In this document: piece after piece, positions 59,748-64,000 of the stretch
Position numbering within the stretch: the stretch's first letter is position 1
Layout: every line of letters starts with the position of its first letter
Source: Gammaproteobacteria bacterium
GTDB lineage: Bacteria; Pseudomonadota; Gammaproteobacteria; Eutrophobiales; Eutrophobiaceae
DNA: 64,000 bases
Reading direction: 5' to 3'
NCBI GenBank assembly: GCA_041689615.1
Contig: JBDNFW010000044.1
Span: 29,289 to 93,288, forward strand
Translations under genes and position numbers: made by a program
Notes under the pieces: model-generated
Databases searched by the model: none
What the model saw: the letters and a program-made list of their open reading frames with translations, nothing else
What the model was told of the DNA's origin: nothing

Positions 59748-62700
59748 TTAAACCCGCCCACCCACTCCTTTAAACTTCTCAACAAAAGTGGCAATTTTTT
59801 GGAAAACACTTTGTTTTTTGGTTAAGTATTGCGCATTAAGTGGGCTCATTTTGGGAAGGATTGCATTTAGCTCAGTGCCATTTTCACTGGCATACTCACG
59901 TTTTAACGATGCCGTGATATAACGTTTAGCGGCTTCTGCATTCAGGTTTTCAGCACGAATTAATTCCTCTGCTTCACTTTGTTGTTCAGCTTGAGCAAAG
60001 GTAAAGAAAGCATCAATAATGCTGGCTTTGTCGAGAATGTTATCCAAGTTGGTTTGATTAATAAAATCAACCAGCAAACTTTCTTTGGCACGGTTGCCAA
60101 TACTGGCACGAATTAAACGGCGTACTTCTTCAACCAATGTCGCTTTATCTTTAAGATTTTTATTGTTTTCAAAAATCAATTCCAGAATGTAATCCAGATT
60201 AATCTCTTGTGATTTAAGCAGATCCACCTCAAAAACCACATCATCCCAATCAATGCTGGATGCATCTTTTTCATTGCCAGATTTTTCACGACGAAGCCAA
60301 TCGCGAATGTCGTTATAGCTTGAACGATAATCTTGAATAGTGCGCTCGGCTGGCATCTTAATCGCTTGCATAGCGGCTAAGTCGTCATCGCTTAAATAGT
60401 GTTTAACTTTAAACGCCTCTACGGCTAACGGGTCGGTCATATCTAAGCTTTGTAAGGCTTTTAGCCCTGCAAACTCGTCGTAGTTCTGCAGCACATTCTC
60501 GACACGCAAATATTCACCAAATAATTTAGCGAAATCTTTTTTGTCCTTTTCTTTAACAATGTCATCAGAATTAGGAAAGCGCTGTTGTAGCTCCTTCACT
60601 ACCTCCAAATAACCACGGCGTGCTTCACCAGTGGCCAAATCGGTAAAGCCTTCCATGTATTCTTTGTAGCTTTTTTCGAGCACCACGTTTTTGGTGTTCT
60701 TATCACCAAATAAAGTAATTGCATCAACGGTGGCTTGTTCTAAATCGCGGAAGGTGACGATATTACCAAATGTTTTGGTGGCATCATAAATACGGTTAGT
60801 GCGTGAATAGGCTTGCATCAAGCCGTGGTAGCGCAGATTTTTATCCACGAATAAGGTATTCAAAGTGGGCGCATCAAAGCCTGTTAAAAACATGCCCACT
60901 ACAATTAACAAATCAACTTCTTGAAGTTTTACCCGTTTGGCAAGGTCGCGGTAATAGTTTTGAAACGAATCACTATCAACACCGTAATTAGTTTTAAATA
61001 TCGCGTTATAGTCATCAATTGCCGCACTTAAAAACTCTTTAGCGCTGCTATCCATTGCGTTCAGTTCAAAGCTTTCATCAAGAATATCCCCTACCGCATC
61101 TTGTTCTTCATTGGCCGCAAAAGAGAAGATGGTAGCAATGTTAATCGGCTTGTGGCTGTCCTTTTGTAACTGGTCTTTTTGTAAATTCTTAAACGATTCA
61201 TAGTACAGCTTGGCTGCATCCACACTGCTCACGGCAAACATGGCATTGAAGCCTTTACCGTTGGCTTGTCGGCGATGTGTTTTCTGCTTGTAGTTATTTA
61301 AGATGTACTGCGAAATTTCTCGAATACGGTCGGGATGCAATAAAGCTTGTTTGTTTTCCGTAGCCGTTAGTTTTTTCTCGTCTTGTTCAGTTTCAATCGC
61401 CTTAAACTGTGGGCGCACATCGTTGTAGTCTACTTTAAACTTCAACACTTTTTCATCGCGAATGGCGTCAGTAATCACATAGGAATGCAATTCACGACCA
61501 AACACACTGGCCGTGGTTTCTGCGCCCAAGGCGTTTTGTGGAAAAATAGGCGTACCAGTAAAACCAAACTGATAGAATTTTTTGAATTTTTTCTTTAAGT
61601 TTTTTTGCGCTTCACCGAATTGCGAACGGTGCGCCTCATCAAAAATAAACACCACTTGCTTGGTGTAGACGGGCAAGTCGCCTTCACTTTTCATTAAGTT
61701 ATTCAGTTTTTGAATGGTGGTAACAATAATTTTATTGTCATCTTTATCAAGGTTACGCTTTAGCCCTGCGGTGCTGTCTGAACCATTGACGCTATCAGGT
61801 GAAAAACGTTGATATTCTTTCATGGTTTGATAGTCGAGATCTTTACGGTCAACCACAAAAAAAACTTTATCAATAAAATCGAGCTCGGTCGCCAGGCGTG
61901 CCGCCTTAAAGCTGGTTAAGGTTTTTCCCGAACCCGTGGTATGCCAAATAAAGCCGCCGCTATCAAGACCGCTCCAGTTTTTGGCTTGATAGGCGCCGTT
62001 TATCTTCCATAAAATACGCTCGGTTGCGGCAATTTGGTAGGGGCGCATCACTAACAAGGTATCGCTAACGTCAAACACCGAATAATGCAACAGCACATTC
62101 AACAAGGTGTTTTTTTGAAAAAACGTGGCGGTAAAATCTTTTAAGTCTTTGATCAAGGTGTTATCGGCTTTCGCCCAATTCATGGTGAAATCAAAGCTGT
62201 TTTTATCGCGCTGGGTGGCGTTGGCAAAATAACGGCTATCCGTACCGTTTGAAATCACGAAAACCTGCAAATACTTAAATAGTGAATTTTCTGTATTAAA
62301 ACTTTCTTTGCTATATCGGTGTACTTGGTTAAAGGCTTCGCGAATGGCTACACCGCGTTTTTTCAGCTCGATTTGTACTAATGGCAAACCATTCACCAAC
62401 ACGGTGACATCGTAGCGATTGGCCTGCGTGCCTTTTTGCTCAAACTGCTTAATCACCTGCTCTTTATTGCGGGCAATGTTTTTTTTATCTAACAGGTAAA
62501 TGTTTTGGATGTGCCCGTCTTCAAAGACAAAATCGTGGATATAGTTATCATGAATTTTGCGGGTTTTGTCGATACTGTTATCGCTGGGCTTATCTAAATA
62601 CTCCTCAACAAAGCGCAGCCATTCACCTTCTAAAAACTGCACATTGTTCAGGGTTTGCAACTGCACCCGTACATTCGCCAGCATTTTTTCGGGGGTGTTT

Positions 62701-62861
62701 AAATCGGGCAAGTATTCATAGCCCTGATTTTGTAAATCATCAATGAACTCACGCTCTAAATCGTATTCGCTTTGATAGTTTTCATTGACCTGCCAAGACT
62801 TGCTGTATTTATCGAGCACGATAAAGTTATTCGATTCAGCTATGGTTTTATAGTTGGTCAT
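59748..62861 (-). CDS. hsdR: type I restriction endonuclease subunit HsdR
   Basis: N-terminal nuclease region ([15 protein letters not shown]), SF2 helicase motifs (TGSGKT, FDEAH). Confidence 0.93.
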   Translation of the reverse strand: MTNYKTIAESNNFIVLDKYSKSWQVNENYQSEYDLEREFIDDLQNQGYEYLPDLNTPEKMLANVRVQLQTLNNVQFLEGEWLRFVEEYLDKPSDNSIDKTRKIHDNYIHDFVFEDGHIQNIYLLDKKNIARNKEQVIKQFEQKGTQANRYDVTVLVNGLPLVQIELKKRGVAIREAFNQVHRYSKESFNTENSLFKYLQVFVISNGTDSRYFANATQRDKNSFDFTMNWAKADNTLIKDLKDFTATFFQKNTLLNVLLHYSVFDVSDTLLVMRPYQIAATERILWKINGAYQAKNWSGLDSGGFIWHTTGSGKTLTSFKAARLATELDFIDKVFFVVDRKDLDYQTMKEYQRFSPDSVNGSDSTAGLKRNLDKDDNKIIVTTIQKLNNLMKSEGDLPVYTKQVVFIFDEAHRSQFGEAQKNLKKKFKKFYQFGFTGTPIFPQNALGAETTASVFGRELHSYVITDAIRDEKVLKFKVDYNDVRPQFKAIETEQDEKKLTATENKQALLHPDRIREISQYILNNYKQKTHRRQANGKGFNAMFAVSSVDAAKLYYESFKNLQKDQLQKDSHKPINIATIFSFAANEEQDAVGDILDESFELNAMDSSAKEFLSAAIDDYNAIFKTNYGVDSDSFQNYYRDLAKRVKLQEVDLLIVVGMFLTGFDAPTLNTLFVDKNLRYHGLMQAYSRTNRIYDATKTFGNIVTFRDLEQATVDAITLFGDKNTKNVVLEKSYKEYMEGFTDLATGEARRGYLEVVKELQQRFPNSDDIVKEKDKKDFAKLFGEYLRVENVLQNYDEFAGLKALQSLDMTDPLAVEAFKVKHYLSDDDLAAMQAIKMPAERTIQDYRSSYNDIRDWLRREKSGNEKDASSIDWDDVVFEVDLLKSQEINLDYILELIFENNKNLKDKATLVEEVRRLIRASIGNRAKESLLVDFINQTNLDNILDKASIIDAFFTFAQAEQQSEAEELIRAENLNAEAAKRYITASLKREYASENGTELNAILPKMSPLNAQYLTKKQSVFQKIATFVEKFKGVGGRV

Positions 62862-62928
62862 TTATTTGCCTTTTTGTTTTTAGCCGCAGAAGACGCAGAA
62901 AAACGCTGAAAGATAGGATTGCTAGGCA

Positions 62929-63342
62929 TTAACATGAGCGTGCCATTCTTTCAATTTGCACCTTTGGGTGATGTCCAAAGTTAACTAAAAAACCAAGTTT
63001 CATCCCCGTTGACTTTAAGTAATTGAGTAACTGCGCTTTATGCTCAGGCGCAACCTGCCGTACGCCTTTAATTTCAAGGATGATCTTATCGTGACAAATA
63101 AAATCAGGTACATATTTCTGATGTAACATTTCCCCTTTATAAGATAAACGCAGTAGATGTTGAGATAAAAAAGGGATATTTTGTCTTTTGAACTCTTTCT
63201 CCAAGCACTCCTGGTAGACGGCTTCTAAAAAACCAGGCCCCATTTCTTTGTACACTTCAAAAATAGCGCCACGAATAGCATAACTCTCCTCTTTAAACAA
63301 AAATTCTGCGTCCTTCTGCGCTTTCTGCGGCTCCTTCATCAT
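62929..63342 (-). CDS. GxxExxY-family (PD-(D/E)XK-like) protein inserted between hsdS and hsdR
   Basis: GFLEAVYQECL signature and D...E.K core (PDFICHDKIILEIKG). Confidence 0.8.
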   Translation of the reverse strand: MMKEPQKAQKDAEFLFKEESYAIRGAIFEVYKEMGPGFLEAVYQECLEKEFKRQNIPFLSQHLLRLSYKGEMLHQKYVPDFICHDKIILEIKGVRQVAPEHKAQLLNYLKSTGMKLGFLVNFGHHPKVQIERMARSC

Positions 63343-64000
63343 GTTACAGCCACCAGCTTGGGGAAACTCAACAGCAACTCGCGATAATACTCATATTGCT
63401 GTTGCCGCAATTTAATTTCACGCGGTAAGCCTTCGCTGATTGAGTTTGTTAATGCGTCGAATTTATCTAAGATGGCAACGATGCGGGCTTGTTCGGCGAG
63501 GGGCGGGATGGGGATCTGTATTTTTCTTAAATTGTCATTATAAAGACGCTTTATCGTCCCACCTTCAGAAGCATTCCAATTTGCAATTTGGTAAAAGTAA
63601 AACAAGTATTTATTTAATATTTGTCTTTCATCATTTTCAATCCAAACGATATTACTATCCTGAAAATAGGCATCTTGCCCATCAAACATGACAGTTCTTC
63701 CGATCGTGCCGCTTGCAGAAATTAGAACTTCACCTATTTTTGGATAACTATATCTAGCTTTGTATTCATGAAATAGTTCTTGTGTAATATATGCATTAGG
63801 TTCTTTTCCGAAAGTTCCAATTTTATAAAATGGAATATCACCTGTTTCAGAAGTTTGTTTTTTTAAAATTCGCTTACACATGCAAACTTTACCCACTTCC
63901 CCCAAAGTTTTCCATTCGGCTTGGCCTTCTTCAAAACTCAACAACTGGTCGCGATAGTAGTTGTATTGCTTTTTCCGTGCGGTCAGTTCGGCGGTCAGCT
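63339..64000 (-). CDS. hsdS: type I R-M specificity subunit HsdS (partial; N-terminal part lies beyond the window end)
   Basis: The reading frame stays open to 64000 (..TAELTARKKQYNYYRDQLLSF = central conserved helix). It is followed by TRD2 and the distal helix PPLAEQARIVAILD...QQQYEYYRELLLSF. Confidence 0.85.
   Translation of the reverse strand, partial: LTAELTARKKQYNYYRDQLLSFEEGQAEWKTLGEVGKVCMCKRILKKQTSETGDIPFYKIGTFGKEPNAYITQELFHEYKARYSYPKIGEVLISASGTIGRTVMFDGQDAYFQDSNIVWIENDERQILNKYLFYFYQIANWNASEGGTIKRLYNDNLRKIQIPIPPLAEQARIVAILDKFDALTNSISEGLPREIKLRQQQYEYYRELLLSFPKLVAVT

Noticed and set aside
1-64000. The idea that the two R-M loci are halves of one split system (hsdMS at the left, hsdR at the right)
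   Set aside because: The right-hand locus has its own hsdS directly upstream of hsdR and evidently continues beyond the window. The two HsdS proteins are unrelated in their TRDs and conserved helices, so these are most likely two independent systems.
1-64000. CRISPR arrays, rRNA genes, integrases, transposases and prophage genes
   Set aside because: I scanned for regularly spaced 25-40-bp direct repeats and for recombinase or transposase motifs in the ORF track. None was found. The only tandem or dispersed repeats are those reported.

Overview
This is an AT-rich chromosomal segment that looks gammaproteobacterial (GC judged by eye, not computed). The assignment rests on conserved gene strings: iscR-sufABCDSUT, ndk-rlmN-pilW-rodZ-hisS-yfgM-bamB-der, bamC-dapA/gcvR-bcp, rpe-gph-trpEGDC, ychF-pth-rplY-prs-tRNA(Gln)-ispE-lolB, and hemA-prfA-prmC-moeB.

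A housekeeping core of about 55 kb is bracketed by two different type I restriction-modification loci, both on the minus strand.
- Left locus (509-4787): hsdM, an hsdS carrying an unexplained ~214-aa C-terminal extension, and a RhuM/Doc-type Fic gene. No hsdR is visible in the window.
- Right locus (59748 to beyond 64000): hsdS (partial), a GxxExxY gene flanked by inverted repeats, and hsdR, followed by an attC-like palindrome.

I saw no rRNA, CRISPR array, integrase or transposase, and only one tRNA.

The most unusual content is non-coding. A MITE-like element of ~130-240 bp occurs six times. Every copy is co-oriented with the flanking genes and sits 0-7 nt after the upstream stop codon. There are also clusters of short hairpins that share an identical 21-mer, plus three other small palindromic elements.

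Gene decay is evident:
- A PIN/PhoH-like gene carries two in-frame stops and a poly-A frameshift.
- A TM-protein gene in a small low-GC islet is split at a homopolymer run.
- A neighbouring STAS gene may have a 5' frameshift.

Other points worth a second look:
- a candidate ~200-nt structured sRNA with a strong intrinsic terminator upstream of queG
- an orphan colicin/pyocin-type immunity gene translationally coupled to a transglutaminase-like gene, near a stand-alone PolB-like exonuclease

I cannot point to one clearly novel multi-gene system. The best candidates are the accessorised type I R-M loci and the oriented repeat family. All functional calls come from reading motifs in the supplied translations; no database search was possible.
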